Origin: Takakia lepidozioides
Taxonomy: Eukaryota; Plantae; Bryophyta
DNA length: 64,000 nucleotides
Assembly: GCA_030704615.1 (NCBI GenBank)
Contig: CM060731.1
Coordinates: forward strand, 11,408,001 to 11,472,000
Reading direction: 5' to 3'
In this document: positions 1 to 14,750 of the stretch, one piece after another
Numbering within the stretch: the stretch's first letter is position 1
Layout of the letters: every line of letters starts with the position of its first letter
The notes under the pieces: model-generated
Told to the model about the DNA's origin: nothing
The model's database searches: none
The model's input: the letters and a program-made list of their open reading frames with translations, nothing else
Made by a program: the position numbers and the translations under genes

Positions 1-38
1 TATGAATGTTTGCACTGCTCTCTTCCATTTGATGTAGG

Positions 39-2980
39 TCCGGGATGCAGAATTTCTGGAGGTTCTGGGATCCTCACCAAAGCTAGAGCTGGCAGCGTCC
101 ACTGAAGCACATGAAGGGGGTGTCTACTTCCCAGACCGTGATGAATTTTACTTTACAAGTTCCAGGGTCAGGAGGGGAGTCTTCTTCAGTGAGCAGAACA
201 CAGAGGTAAAGACAATTTTGAATTTCACCTGTTTTTATGTGGTAATCTTGATTCAAAACTTTGTGGACGTAGGCTCATATTGTCCTGTAAACCCACCTGC
301 AATTACAGGTAAAGAAACTGTCATTGAAAACTGGTGAGGTATCAACAGTATTCCCAGTGACTGATGTTGCCAGTGGAATGGTGCTGGACCATGAGGGAAA
401 GCTTGTTATATGCCATCAAGGCCAGGGTGAAAAACCTGGGTCCATCCAGCGGGTTGATCTCAAGACTCTAAATTCTAGTGTTATTGCGGACAGTTGGTTT
501 GGCATGCCTTTTAACAGCCCCAATGATGTTGTGGTTAAGAGCGACGGCTCCATTTGGTTTACTGATCCCAACTATGGTTGGTAAGGCTAACCTTCTGTTG
601 AAGTTGAAGTTTAAAATTAGGTCGAGACTTGCTTGATGAGGACTTGATGTATGCATTTCAAATCTGCAGCATATCTTTTCCTCTGATTTTCATCTCTTCT
701 TCGCTCACCCCCTTACCAAACCGCTGATCCTTCCAGCATTTGTTCATCTTCCCAGAGGATGTCACAACAGCCTTCTGTTTGTTGTGAGTGAATTTATAAT
801 TATTTAGATGCCATGGTTTATGCTCTCATTGTTGTTCCACTGGTAGTCCGGATGGTTTTACTCATCAAACTTAATTTTATGTTTAGGGTGCGGGGATTTC
901 GAGCTAAACTGAGAGTTCAGAATCAGGTTTATCGGATTAGCCCCTCAGGCAAAGTTGATGTAGTGGCAACCAGTTTCTCGCAACCAAATGGGCTTGCCTT
1001 CTCAGAGGATGAGAAGTGCCTCTTTGTTACCGACACAGGCTTCAAAACTGGGTTTGTAGGCAATATCCTTTCTTTCTTTGAAAAGTAGCAGATTTCCCCT
1101 GTTTTTTAAGCAAGGGGGGTTCAGCCAGTCATCTACTAGTTCTACAATACCTCACAACTGCACTACGGGTAAAGAACAAGCATACTGGGCAGGTGTGTGT
1201 TGTTTTCAGACATACCTTTGTATTACCAGAGCCTCTGTGACAAAGACAATCCCGGTAGGATGAGATGTAGGTCTATCCCATAGCATTTTTTGAGAGAGTT
1301 GGTTGTGAAAGTCAATCATGGCTTGGTTGTTCATACATTGACTCAGAAAGATACTGTTGTGGGAGCCGATTCAACACAGTTTTGATTCGAATTGCAGGGC
1401 TGGTGAGAAATATGATGAGACAAAGCCTCATCACATCTATGCCTTCGATGTGCTTCCGGATGGCAAGCTAGGTAGCAGGCGATTGTTTGCCTCCATTGGA
1501 TTGTATGATGGAAAATTGCCGGGTCTGGGTGTTCCGCGTGGCATTAAGGTTGACATGACAGGACGTGTTTACACTGGCTCTGGTGATGGGGTCCAAGGTA
1601 AGTTGCACTTTGCAGTTGGTTTTGGTGATTTCATTGTGCTCATGCCTGCTTGCAACTTTGTGTTTGAGTTGTGATAGCAGGAGGGGAGAGTTGTTTGAAT
1701 CTCTGTTCAGAAGGTCAAAGACAGCAAGCATGTGTCCATGGGTGGATCTTCTCTTAGATCGCGGTTTCAAAGATTTATTTCCATTGCTTGTATTGGGGCA
1801 GTGTTCAGCCGCACAGGCAAACCATTGGGATTGATACGGCTCTCAGGGGTTGTCAACATGGGCTTCGCTGGCAAGAGACTCAACAAACTCTATATGCTGA
1901 AAGATTCTGCCATTCATTTCATTGAGCTGCAGGTGAGTGGGGTTGAGGGGTTTTGCTTTTCGAAAAAATTTCTGTCGGTTTTCTGATAACCGTTCCGCCT
2001 CATGTTCATAAGGTCTATTTCTTCGCACGTCTTGTTTCTTTAGCTCTGTATTATATTATGTCGGTCTCATTAAGATTGTATTTGCAAGAGTGTAGATGTG
2101 GGAGATGCTAACATTTCACAGGACACATTTTCAAACCTGTATGAGTCCAGGACCTTAAAAAATTTGGACCATAATTAAAAACTGATTATGAATAGGGCAC
2201 GGATGATTCTCTAATTCAACCTTGGGTTCCTTATGACAATGATCGTCAGAGGTACCTAATTCCAACAATGGCATTATACAGAGCAGCACCTTCGTTGATT
2301 CAGCTGTGAGGTGCGCTTTGGTCAGTACCTCAAAGCTTGATTGATATCACTGAAAACAGTCACAAATGCATAATCTGCTTTAGCAGTTCTGGCATAAGCA
2401 GTAGGTCTAATTGCAAGAGATGGGAGATCTGATCCCATAAGCCTACCATAATAACATAGCTAGTGTAGTTTTGGTGGGCCTTGAAATAGCATAATATCCC
2501 ACTTGTTCTGTTACGCCTTGGAGCCCATGGACTTTTTTTCTCAGTCTACAATGCAGTTTTTATGTGCGTTAAAGCCCTCGTTGCAGGACTTTACCTAATA
2601 CATAATACTTCAGAGAGACTACCCAAGGAACCATTGAACGATCAAGTCAAGAACCATTCAACCATCAGCCAAAGTGCAAGTTTTGAAGTCGCAGGCATTT
2701 GCTGTAAGATTGGGGGCATTTCCTTGCCAAGTGGGGTTTACCTCAGAACCTGGGATGCCGAGGAAAGTGTGAAGCCCTGGTAGAAAAGTGCAGGCATATT
2801 TCATAGATGTCGTCAGTTTCTTGATTGAGTAGTTCTTGACAATGCCATGTTATACATGTTTTCTCAACGATGCTGTTATTGTCACAGGCTACAGGAGCTG
2901 GCCTTCATTATGCCGCATCATATAGGTACAGTCAGTTCCCCCTAAAGGTTGGCCCTGGGGAGCCCAAAAAAAGTTACTAA
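39..2980 (+). CDS. SMP-30/gluconolactonase/LRE family protein (six-bladed beta-propeller), multi-exon, 5' end outside window
   Basis: Exons ~39-205 (AHEGGVYF), 310-580 (FNSPNDVVVKSDGSIWFTDP), 886-1051 (QPNGLAFSEDEKCLFVTDTG), 1398-1597 (PRGIKVDMTGRVY), 1802-1932, and a probable last exon 2888-2980; phase-compatible GT-AG junctions. If the 1933 donor is unused the stop is at 1986. Confidence 0.85.
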
Positions 2981-3975
2981 TTCATTTGGTCAACACTTCA
3001 ATAGTAGAGGGGGATATCAGTCCCCAAAGTTACAAATGAGGCACAACGAGCCTCAAGGCTTAGTTCATAGATCAAGTCTTGAGAAGCCATCAAGAACCAA
3101 AAGCTTCAAGAGTTAGTCCAAATCTGAATAGGGCCTCTTCCCCTTTCCTTCAATCTGAAAATCAAAGCACCTCTCTATTGTAAGAGATGTTTTACCTCCA
3201 ATAATTCCAAATAAAGTGCTTCCATCACTTTCGGGATGTGTGCTGGTCATATGAAATGCTTACTCAGATTGGATTTACTGTGCCCGTCTTGAATCTTAGC
3301 CTCAATCCCTTCCAGTGTCTTTTTATGGGTGGAGGTGCCTCCACAAACACCTGTTGACCCTACTAGGGTATGAAACTTGAAAGGGAATCCTTGCAGAGGG
3401 TTGAAGGTTAAGAAGAAGAGAACATGATATATCACAGAGTGACTGGGTCAATCACACAAGTTTATATGGTAGAGAAGAAAGATAGGGAAATATGAAAAGA
3501 TGCTTGTGGACAACTACAAAAGGTGCATTATAGTTGAAAAAGAACTTGAATTGATTAGGACATGTTGAAACAAAGCCAACATGGTAGTATACATACAGAA
3601 TTGAGCCACGCTCCACAATGATCAGCTGATCATGCAATCCATACCAGCTGCAGCAGTATCAGGTAAATTCCTGAGATAATGAACAGATGGATAGGGTGGA
3701 AACTACACGACTTCGCATCCTGATGGGATTCCCTATACTATGTGGTTTCTCATTACACAACAGCCGGTAAATAAAGATGCTCCAACAACAGCTGTAGGCG
3801 TCGATAATAGAGTCAAGCTTCCAGATCAAAGTCTCAGAAGCCCATGTAGATTGGATAAGTGTATATAACAAGTTTCAGACAGCAGTCTGGGGGGACCACC
3901 CTTCCGCACCCTCGTGTCGGTGATGGAACACAACACCCAGCCCGATTTGTCCTTGTCGTGCCTACTCATGAAGGC

Positions 3976-6900
3976 TCAGGAGTATTCGTCATCAAAGTTG
4001 TCAATGTCCAGATTCTCCAAATAGAATCCCCTATCTTCAAATTCACCTGCTACACTCTCTTCTTCCTCTTCCCCTACAAATTGTTGCCCGCTGTTCCAGC
4101 TACTCGATATCCCCCGTTTGCCAGGGGAAGGTATTCTGTTGGCTTCCTTACATGCAGTGGCTCGGGCCTCAGCCTCTAGCTCAGCCTGAGCTGTCTCAGC
4201 ATCAACTTCTGTAAACTCAAATTTCACACGCTCAGCCATCACGCACATGGGGCAGACTGTTGATTTTTGTAGACGGGATTCTAGCAAACGCTGCTGGAGT
4301 GTCGCCATTTCTGTTGCATGCCGTCGCGTTAACTTCTCCATCTCCCTGCGGATCCCATTAGCTTCTTGTCCGGCCATCGCGGCAGCATCCTGCAAACTCA
4401 AAAACAAATACAGGAGCTGAGGATCCTAGACATTGTAGCTGAAGGGATACTTAACAAACGGAAAACGAAATGGAATTTATAACGTCCACAGAAAGAAAGG
4501 AATTTACAAAGCTCTCCTCTTTGTTCTTGTAGAAGAAATGAATCAAGTCCAAAAAAGACGGAAACTATATATCTATTCCCCCTTTCTCCGCGGACGTTAT
4601 AAAGCGCCATTTCATTTCATTTCGCACAGTTCAGAGAGAGAAAAGGGAGAATTTACTTGAGCCATGCAAACTGCTTCCTCTGCCTCCTTTAGTCGCATTA
4701 AAAGCTCGCCTGCGGCTTGAACAGCATCAGCTGTGTCCCGTAACTGTGCCTGGAGGCCCTTAATCTCCTCCTTGGCAAGATTTGCCTCATGCTCTCTCTC
4801 AACCCTCAGAGACACTACCTGTTCGGACTGGGCTTCAAACCACCGGGCCTCAATTGCAGTCACACCTGCCCTCTTCGCCACTTTCTTCAGGTCAGTTACG
4901 CCCTCGCGAATTTTACGCTGCTTGGCCAACAACGCAATGTGTTTCTCTTGCAATTCGGCATACTGTTCAAGTAATCGAGCATGGCCCTCCATAGCCATCT
5001 CGAGAGCCCCATGAACCTCTTGGGCACACCTGGGGATTAGTATCAAAGATCTGTAAGTGCATGCCAAACAGCCTGATGACTTCTGCCTTAGACAGCGTCA
5101 TACATATCTACCTGTCTTTCGAAATTGACTATCCTACCAGTACCTCCATCCTTCTGAAAAGATCCAACTTGTATGTAAAACACCAAAGAAGATGATTCAT
5201 GTTGGAAACTTGATTAGCAGACTGCAAAGGGGGTGTATGATACTCCGCTCAATTTGGAATTACCTCTTTTCACCCTCAAGCTCCACCTTCCTTTTCTCTG
5301 CAAGTTGCCTATATGACTCAGACTCCTCCCTCATTTCTTCCAAAACCACAATCCACTCTCTCTCTCTTTCCTCCCACCGTTTCTGTTCTTCTTCCCAACA
5401 GTCGCTAGCTAGCGGCTTTCCCACTGCCAACTGGAGCTCCTTGGTTGTGAAGTCAGAAGATGAAGTGGCCTCAGTTACCACACATAGTGAAAGTGATTTT
5501 GCAACATCAGCTGTTGAATGCCGTGGGCTTCGAGGAAGGATATCCCTTGTTGTAGATATAAACGACGATGCTTTGCAGACCCTGGAGTCCCTGTATCAAT
5601 ATATGAAAGCAAATGGTTTCTCAGTTGCATGACCTCCTTCTGCAGGACTTCCCTCTCCCCAAGGTCGAAGAAAGTTCGATAACTTTGAAGCTCTTCTAGC
5701 AGGCGCTCCTGTTCAACTTTGGCATGTGTCACTTCTGGGTGTTTATCAAACTTTTCCTGCAGGGTCTGCCAAGCTCAAAAACAGAATCAGAAGAGAACTT
5801 GGTTGTTTCATACCAATGCAACCAGGATCTCGGAGTAATTTGAAAGACTTGCTCGAAGGTCATCATACCTTATGTTCAAGCAGAAGAGCTGACCATTCTT
5901 CATTGAGGAAGGCATCACCAGGAAGAATACCATCCATAAGCGCCTCAAGCCGGGCTATTTTGTCCTCGCGACTTTGCTGTAAAATGGAGTTGCACTCTCT
6001 CTCGTGCTTGTATTGCCGCATCTATGTAGATGCATACCATAACGAACAATTAAATCTTTCTCAACTGCATCAGCAGAACACAGAAGAACTTCACAGAAAC
6101 CATGACCAAGCAAATGGATGAATTATCTAGGGCCAAAGTGCAGTCCAAATCTATCCTCAACTGCATCAGCAGAGCACATAACAGAAGAACTTCACAGCAA
6201 CCATGACCAAGAGAAAGGAAGAACTATCTAGGGGCCAAAGAGCCAATTCCAAGATGAGCAAATATAATACCAATCGGTTCAATTGCTCGATCTCTGCAGC
6301 TTGCCGGGTCATTGCTTCTTCAGCAGCTCTCTCTCTCCGGATGGCACCGGCCAAGACAGCCTCAATTGCCTACATGCACCAGACACGATACTGTTTCAAC
6401 AATGAGGATGGAAGATAAAACGTACTGCTGTGTACATGAGTGTAAAATGACAGAGAAGGGCCAAAAAGTGAGCTGTTTCTTACGTGAGCAAAATTCCCCT
6501 TGGAGGCTGGTGTCACTGACAAACTCTTGCTTGGCATCTCCATTGCCACTAGTTGCCATTGTGTTCTGTCTGAGGACGGTGACAGTGACGTGTTAACTCC
6601 TCCCTCCACCACGGTTGTAGGATCACTGCATTCCAGCCCTTCTCCTAGGCACATAAGGGAGGAACTGCAGTTGACTAGCTTCTCTGGTGATGTTTGAACA
6701 CCAATCTCCGAGCTTTGGGCCACTTTCGAATCAGCATTTTCGGAGAACACTTTATCCTCTAAAGGAAGCCGGGCAGAGCAATTGCAAACCAGCACTTCAG
6801 GAGATGTTTGAACACCCTTCTCCGCTCTTCGGGCCACTTTCAAGTCAGCATTTTGAAAAGAGAATCGGACCGCAGAAGACCTGCATTTGTTTATGAAATC

Positions 6901-9900
6901 AGCTACTGCTCAGCAATGGACAGGATGAGATTGATGTGAACAAACTGATGACATTGAGCTGTTGGGTAGACACTCCTTCATCCTCTCAATACTTCATGCG
7001 ACCCTTGGTGAGGCTATACATTGTCAAACAAAAGCATTCACAAACACATGATTTGGAAATAAACTTTGTAACAAAGAGGATAATGTGTCTTACCTATCTG
7101 GAAAATACAAATGAGAATCTTTAACTAGATGGGATAGAGTATCAGGTGTTTGGTGCAGTTGTTCTCTGGGACTCTCTAGTAGGATCTCACTGGTAAGCGA
7201 TACAGAAACTCAAAGCATCAACCAAGTCTATCAAAAACACCTTTCTTTACTTTTTCCTTCCTTATGGGACTGTACATTAACGCAGATTGTGATGAACAAT
7301 GCCCGTGAGTCTCACCTTCGCAGTGAGCTCTGTTGGTGGTTATCAAGGATCTCAAGGCCACGATGAAGACTTGCAGCAAGCCGGTCCCTTGGAGATGAGA
7401 AGATTTTGCTGATGCGGAGGGACGAGCGCAGAGAGGATTTCCCATTGACTGGAATCAAGTGCAAAGATACATCTGGCTCAGAATTATGGAGGGTAGGCAA
7501 AGGAAGTTGGTTTGACCAACTGGGAAGAATCTCCTCTTCTTTTAGAGGAACAAGACCACACATTGGTAGCTTCTCTTTGATTTCCCCTTTTGCTCGTGGG
7601 GACAGGCTTGGAGTGGGTGGCTGAAGGCTAGGACTCAACTTTGGGAGCTCAGTCATTTCCGGGACCAAAAGGCTATTCTTCACATCAGTTGGAGATGAGA
7701 AGGTTATGCCGTGGGATAAGGCACCCTTGATGGGATCTAACTGCAAAGAGATATCCGGCTCACAATCTTGGAGGGTTGGCAATGGCTTTGACCAACTGGG
7801 GAGAATTTCTCCTGCTTGAGGAATAAGACCACACAATCGTATCTCCTCAACTACTTCTTCCTCTTTCATCTGGGGAGAAAGGCTACAATTCATCGGCTGA
7901 ATGCAATGTCTAACTTCTGGGAGCTCAGTCATTTCTGGGACAGAAAGGAAATTCTTTGTATCCAAGACAGGAAGGCTAGTACTATTGTCCAAGGATGGAA
8001 GGCTAGTGTTAATGTCCAAGGATGAAAGGCCAGTGTTAATGTCCATGGCTGACAGACCAGTGTTCATGTCGGAGGCACAAAGGCTAGTACTTGTACTTTG
8101 GGAGGGCAGACCAGTGCTGTTTTCAACGAAGTTGTCTGGCTGAGGTTCTGATTCAGGCGTAACATCTGAGAGAGGGTTTGCCTTACACAAAATCCCCTCC
8201 TTTATTTCCACCTCTTTTGGTGGGCTGATTACTGTCTCTTTGAGCTGAATATCCAATGCTATGTCATTGTAAGCAGTGGAGAAAGAGGGAGGCACCGCTG
8301 GCTCCGTTTCGACAGCATCCTCATCAGTCACCATCTCTTCATCCATGCATTCTGAATCGCCCAGAGGAAATGTCATAGGGTGTTTCAGGCTTAGCCTAAG
8401 GAGGTTGTAGCTGCGTCGGGCATTCCATCCATTTGAGTACCCACCTCCACTACCTCCCTCCTGGGCATTGTTGGATTTCATCCTAACCAGCTCATCCTGC
8501 AGTCACAAAATACCAATCAGTCACTATTCATCATGAAGCTGGAACCCCCAAAGCACATCCAAAAACAAGGGACCAGAATGCTGCACCTCCTGTGGGGAAG
8601 TAAAACAATGGAGACCTTTAATATATCCACACTACATCTCAATGATTGGGTCAGTGACCCGACCTGGGTACCCCCCACTGAATGATTTAGAAAAAGCTCA
8701 TAGAAATCTTATAGCGAAGTATATGTTACCTGTGTATGTGCAATGAGCATGTAAGGAAAAAAGCAGACATTTTCTACCTTACGCTGGCGAATTTGTTCAC
8801 GGAGAAGGTTGACATCGTTAGCAGTCTCCTCATTAACAACTGCCTTGTTTCGCATGGCTTTTGCTCTTTGTGCAAATCTCAGCGTACTCAGTGTCTCAAT
8901 GCGGCAGCTGCAGTCTCCACAAAAAGTCAGAAACTTTGTAAAACTCTGGCACTTATGTGGTGCCAGCCTGAACAGGTCTGCTTTTTCTAATTACTTCTGA
9001 TTACTAAAAGCAAGGGAATCAAACCCCAGATTGACGGATTTCTGACACACGAGGCATCTAAGATCAGAACGGTCCAGTGTAGCACAGTTTCCAACAACTG
9101 CATGTCAGGAGAAATCACCTGCTGGCTGGGGAGATAGCACAGATCATGGCAAGTTTGGCATTTCCACCTAGGGATTCCTGCAACAGGAAAGTGAGGCGAG
9201 AATCACGGTATGGAATATGCCTTTGCTTCCCTGACTGTGCCACTTCTGCCAGTATGTTGATCACATTCCTGCACTCCACCAATTCTCAAAAACTTCATCA
9301 ACCTTTCAAAACCAGCATATTCTATCTCTGTGATTGCACTCCAAGAATACAAACAAGGTGAAGCATACTTGTGAATTCCCACAACTGCAAACTGATCAAA
9401 CCAACCACACAACAGCCAATACCTCAAGTACAAAGACGAGTGTTTATAATAATTTGGCCAACCCACCTTGTGATTATTTTTGTTCATCATCCAACCCTCA
9501 CGTAAGGGTTAATCCAATGGTACTAGGGACAGAGGAATTTATTGTGCAGAAAGAGCAGGTATCAGAGCAAGCAAGGACTGAAATATGATGGACTGACCCA
9601 AGCTGGGAGAGGGAGCGGTTGATGTTGCCAGCCTCTTTGAGGCGCTCGCCAGCAGCTCCTGTCTGCTTCTGTCTCTCAGATCCAGCTAAGTCGACCAGGT
9701 TTATCCTACTACTCCTTAAACTGCACACTCCCTCTCCCACAATCTGCTAGGACATCCCAAAAGTCACCAAGATGAAATCATCAGCCACAAGGGTATAACC
9801 TTCTAGTAAAGGGGGGTAAAGCAGAAACAGTGTGCTCATCTTCAACGATGTGCTCAACGGTGTGCTAAGAGGCTACCGAGCCTGTAACCATTGACCCTGC

Positions 9901-12900
9901 ACATCCTCTGCCATCTGCCTGTCTAAAAGAAAAATGAAATGGAACTTTATAACGCCCGGAGAAAGCTCAAACTAAGTCTGGGGAATCCTGAAGGGCCCCA
10001 GGGACACAGAAGAGAAAGACAACGACAAGACTAATGAATATGTTAACTGTATAATGTTGTAGTACATCCCAATTACCTTGATGAGTAACAAAGGAACCAA
10101 AAGAAACCAGGCCCAAATTTACAGAAAGGTGGAGGGACAGAAAGAATCCCTGCATACCAAACACTTCTGGTACAAGAACACACAGCAACGTACAGATGAT
10201 AGACTCAAGAGGTACAGAAAGTAGAAGCTTAATGGAATGGAGTACCTTGGAGCGGGACTCAATAACACATGTAAATACACGATGAGAGCGTGAGCTCTCA
10301 TTGTTCATAGTTTTCGCTGCAACTCTTGTGTTTGCCAGACCCTAACCATACCGAAGACATAATCAGTTTCAGATAAGTGAGAATCTTCCCTTTATGTGTT
10401 CATCATATGTAAGACCTGCCGCCTATTCCCAGGAGCAACGACTTTGATTCATCAGATAAGGAAAAGGTGTTGCAAGGTTTCCAATAGTTGAGCTCTATAC
10501 AATCACAAAACTGGATTGGAAGGGTGAATCATACAACTGTCAAGTAGCAAAAACAATAAGCAACACAGGGTGAGTATAGAATGAAGGGTGACAAAAGATG
10601 AGTTCCAGTTAGATTGACCAACCCGCCGGAGAAGCTGATTGACATCTTCAACACTCGATACATATTCTTCGGTGAGATTATCTACATATACACCTGTTTT
10701 TGTGTCCTCTCTAATCTGAATAATGAAAAGCAACTCTTAGTGCAGGTAACAGAGAGATCAGATCAGTTGGCAATTTCGTGCTTGCCACCATGTTCACCGA
10801 CTCTAGACTGCACTCAAGTGTTACTAACCAGTTTTTCCTAGTGAGGGTAGTCTCTGCCATCTGTAGCATTTAACTCAACTTTGCTGAATCTTCACCTGGG
10901 GCCTGTGTTTACAACATTTCTAGCAAATGAAAATAACCAAAGAAAAATTACAGTGGATTATAGATGGGCACTGTGGTTGTGACTTAGCACATATCATCCA
11001 AGCTCCATGTGTTGAAGACTTCATGCCACAAATTTGAAATTATAAGAAATGAATTCTTTACCATCAGGTTTTTTTGAGATGGCTCTAGCAGATCCGTGAT
11101 TTGTTCATTGTAAATCTGCAGCACCAGCAAAGCACAGATAATCATGAAAACTAAATTGGAAGGCCTAGAACTGGGTAATGCACGTGTGCACTACCTCTCA
11201 CATGTGCTTGTTTTGTCCATCTCTCATGCATATGAATTCGGCTGAACTTGATTAAACACCCTTGCATTGAGAGCTGCTTTACTCTCAGCATCCGAATTGT
11301 ATAGAGTAGAAGATAGAAAACACCGGCAGGCAAGGGGAATCAGGCACCTCAAGAAAAGAACAGCGACACTGATATTGCAGCTGCTTCTCTACATTACTCT
11401 TCTCTTCCTGAATCACGAACACGAAAACCATCAGCAACAGCAGGTTCTGGAACCTCTGGAGCAAGAAAGAAGAACGAAACGAAACATCACGAAACGAACG
11501 AAACATCATGCCGAAGGAGTTGGGTGGGACAGGGGAGCCTGAATACTGCAATGTTGTAACTGCAAATAAAACTAGGTGTGCCAGTAACTTGGAGACACAG
11601 AACTTTCGGATATGGAAACAAGTGATTTGGGAACGAAACAGGAAATATCAGATGTGACTGTAAACCGATCTTTCTGGGGGAGGAAAGAACCTGGTGAATG
11701 CGAGCAAATATTTCTTCAAAGACACGAGGAGTGAGGCCACGGTTTTCAGAGGGAAGGTCAGAGCTGGAATCAGGCATTGAGCCCCACATTGTGTGGGTTT
11801 TCCCACTTCCTGTCTGCCTCACGCAAAGGCAGAAATGATGACAGATTCTCACAAATCATGTAGACACTGGAGTTATATTGACCATTTGATAGATTTCCAT
11901 AACATTCAAGGGTTGTTCATTTTACATCTTCTTTCAATTAGTCTCAAAGTTTTACAGAGTAGGTCACGCTTGACTTAATAAACACATAAAAGAGAAGAAA
12001 GCAGATAAGGGAAGAAGAAACCTCATAACTTCCGTGGGGGTGTGAGGGGCACATGGGACAAAGTAACATAGAGATCATGATGCAAAGGCAGAAATAGCAG
12101 AAAAATGCACAGAACAAACAAATAAACAACAAGACCAGGAAGATGACCAACAGCTATCTCCTTCGATCTGCCAGCCGAAGTGTATATGGTTGTCACAGGG
12201 GGCAGAAAAAGGAAATCATACCTGTCCGTATGCAAATATGGAGCTGTTGAAGCCGGCCAGACAATTCTCCACCATAGGTAGTCCCACCATTTGAAACACC
12301 GATTGCTAATCAGGCACCCACACAAACCAGTTACACTTACTCCGAATGAGTGTTTGTTTTGCTCATGTGCAACCAAGATTATATTATCTTTCCAGTGGCT
12401 AAATAGCTCTTCATAAATGGCTATATCTCAAGACTCTGAATGCAGAGTTCATGCAGGAGAGTGAAGTAATAGCCTAATAACTAAACCACGAGTGCATCAT
12501 TGAGGTGAAGGAGTACAATTTGAGGGAGACAAAACAGCAGGGAGTCGTTTAGCAAGCAGTTGCTGGGATCTTTCAACAAACAGGCCCTTTGTTACCGTCA
12601 TTGGATTCTATGCAGTCTTTTGGACCCTATGTCACTTTGACACCTGCTAGCCAATGCATAAATTAGTTTCAACGCCACCTAAAATTCCATGTTCTTTGGA
12701 TCATACTGGAGGCAAGACGGCCAATCGGTACACCTTGCCCTATGGAAATTTCAAGCAGATAACAGACCATGCCAATTTATTTGGGAGGGCCAGAAGTTTA
12801 AAAAGTAAAAACTTAGATTATCAAGTTCCGCGGCCTGGACGGGCCAGAAAGTACCTGGGAAGCATCTTCAGCAGCAACCGCATCATACGTGAACTGCTGG

Positions 12901-13933
12901 TCACCCAGTGACACAGAGGTGGTTGACACCTTATGCACAATCTCTGAGGCCTCCTCTCCCTCTTCCTTCTTGTTCAGCGGCCGCATCCTTACAATCACCT
13001 AGCACCATTCAAAGTGTAGGACAAAAATCTTGCTTTTATTTTTCTCACCAACTACATATGTCATGTACCTACTGATCTGCAAATCTTGCTTGTTTGTCCA
13101 ATCCTCAACAAACTTGTTCTCTACAACATTATATCTCTCAGCAAATAGCTGTAAGAAAAATGCATGGTCTACCTTAACACCTGTGTCAGCACCAGAGACC
13201 ACTGCAGTTGATGTACTGACCACGTTCACCACTGTCCCTCCAGACTGTGTATCCCAGTTAATCCTCCTCTTGGCACCACCCAGCTGATCCTGTCCTTGAC
13301 CACTGAGGAGGCCACGTGTGCCCGAGTCCACTTGACCAATAGATGGTGCACTTCTTGCAGGAGATTGCCTTGGAGGTCTAGGCGGCAGGGCAGGGCTGCC
13401 AGCCAGCGTATCTTTTGAGGCCCCCTGATTTCTTGATCCTTTCGATGATGATTTGGATTGCAAAGGTGAAGAGACATCTGGTAACTGCACAGTTGGTTAT
13501 GTATCTCAGCTTTTTCATGCGAATTCACATGATTGTCTTTGGGTCAGAAACACAGAGGACGGGAGCAGGGAGGACCCGCCGAGAAACCTCTGTCATCCCT
13601 ATGATATTATAATTTTCTTCTTCGTCTTCTCCTCTTCTATGAAACTCCTGGCATTTCATTCCTATCATCTTCACAAGCTAAAAGACATCGATATCTGAGA
13701 AAGATTGATGCCACCAGTTTCAAAGCAAAGTTCAAGCATATACTCACATTGATACCACCATCTGGAGGAACATTCTCACTATTCGGCCGAGACCGCCTGC
13801 CTGGAGTTCCCGCTGTAGGAAACGTTTTCTGACGAAATGGACTCAGACTGAAGGGCTCTCTCTCTTTCTGTGGAGAATCTGCTGGGGAAGTCGTACCCCG
13901 TATCGTCCTTGAGCGAGTCAGACTCCCCTTCAT
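3976..13933 (-). CDS. Kinesin-12 family motor (KIN12A/B, PAKRP1-like phragmoplast-type), ~19 exons
   Basis: Motor motifs across exons: VRMRPLN (12998-12855), AYGQ/TGSGKT (12222/11813), NNESSRSH (~10300), LVDLAGSER (~9690), [19 protein letters not shown] (~9200). C-terminal kinesin-12 tail: [54 protein letters not shown] (5028-4657). Confidence 0.92.
4463..4622. repeat. Small inverted-repeat element (MITE-like) in the last kinesin intron
   Basis: GAAATGGAATTTATAACGTCC (~4467) is mirrored by GGACGTTATAAAGCGCCATTTC (~4592); a third arm copy lies at ~9931-9965. Confidence 0.5.
7440..8070 (-). repeat. Coding tandem repeats in the kinesin stalk exon
   Basis: About 4-5 27-bp units ([35 protein letters not shown], ~7958-8070) and two ~280-bp units (VPEMTELP...CGL.P...EILPSWS...EPD.SL.L). 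Confidence 0.75.
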
Positions 13934-14697
13934 CCTTTCGCTCTGGCGTGTAACCCTAACCTGTGATTTAGGTTCTCAGAAGAAACGATTTCCGAGCGCC
14001 TTAGCCGATGTGACCGTGCATCTGGACGTGGTGCTTTTCTTTATGCCGATCTTTGCCTCATGCCTTTCTAGGTAAGGTGCCGTGCACGGCTCTGACCACT
14101 GTAATGTGTCTGTAACTTCGTTGCAAAGAGGTCCTTTCACCGCAAGACCATAAATTACCAGCGCAGTGCGTTTGGGGTAAGGAAAGAGGGGAGAAGGCTT
14201 CAAGCTCTTCTAAATATGTGTGAGCTGAGATCTACAGTCTAAAAAAAATCCCTAACTTACAACGTAGTTGCAGAGATGTGAGAATGCGTCCAAGTTAATT
14301 TGGATTCAAAGACCTCGTTGTCTCTATCTCGTATAAGACTAGAATGTAAGCACCTCTCTGTCAACAGGGAAGAGCAGAGTGCGCAGACAATTGAGGGCAG
14401 TAGACAACATCGAACCTGCACAATGATGTGCGCTTCCTCTGCTCATGTACCTGAACTGATCCGGAAACAGAAAGTAACTTAGACCTACACACCCTAAGAA
14501 TGACAACTCTGTGTATCACAAGAAGGAAGCAATCGAAAAACCCAACATGTGTTCATTTTGGAACTGAAATGATCCGGGAAACTGGAGGAAACTGGAAATC
14601 CAAACAAGCAGCAGATTGATTCACAAGTTTACAGATTGATTCACTGTTGCTGAAATGATCTGTGAACTCGAACAGATCGACTGGTCCAGCAGCAAGT

Positions 14698-14750
14698 AGC
14701 CGTTAGGCAGAGAGCCTGCACGTTCAAACTAGGGCCGTTCAAACGGAGCG
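14698..14750 (-). promoter_or_regulatory. MSA (mitosis-specific activator) element cluster upstream of the kinesin-12 gene
   Basis: CCTAACGGCT at 14707-14698 matches YCYAACGGYY; further AACGG cores at ~14735 and ~14742. Fits G2/M regulation by 3R-MYB. Confidence 0.55.
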
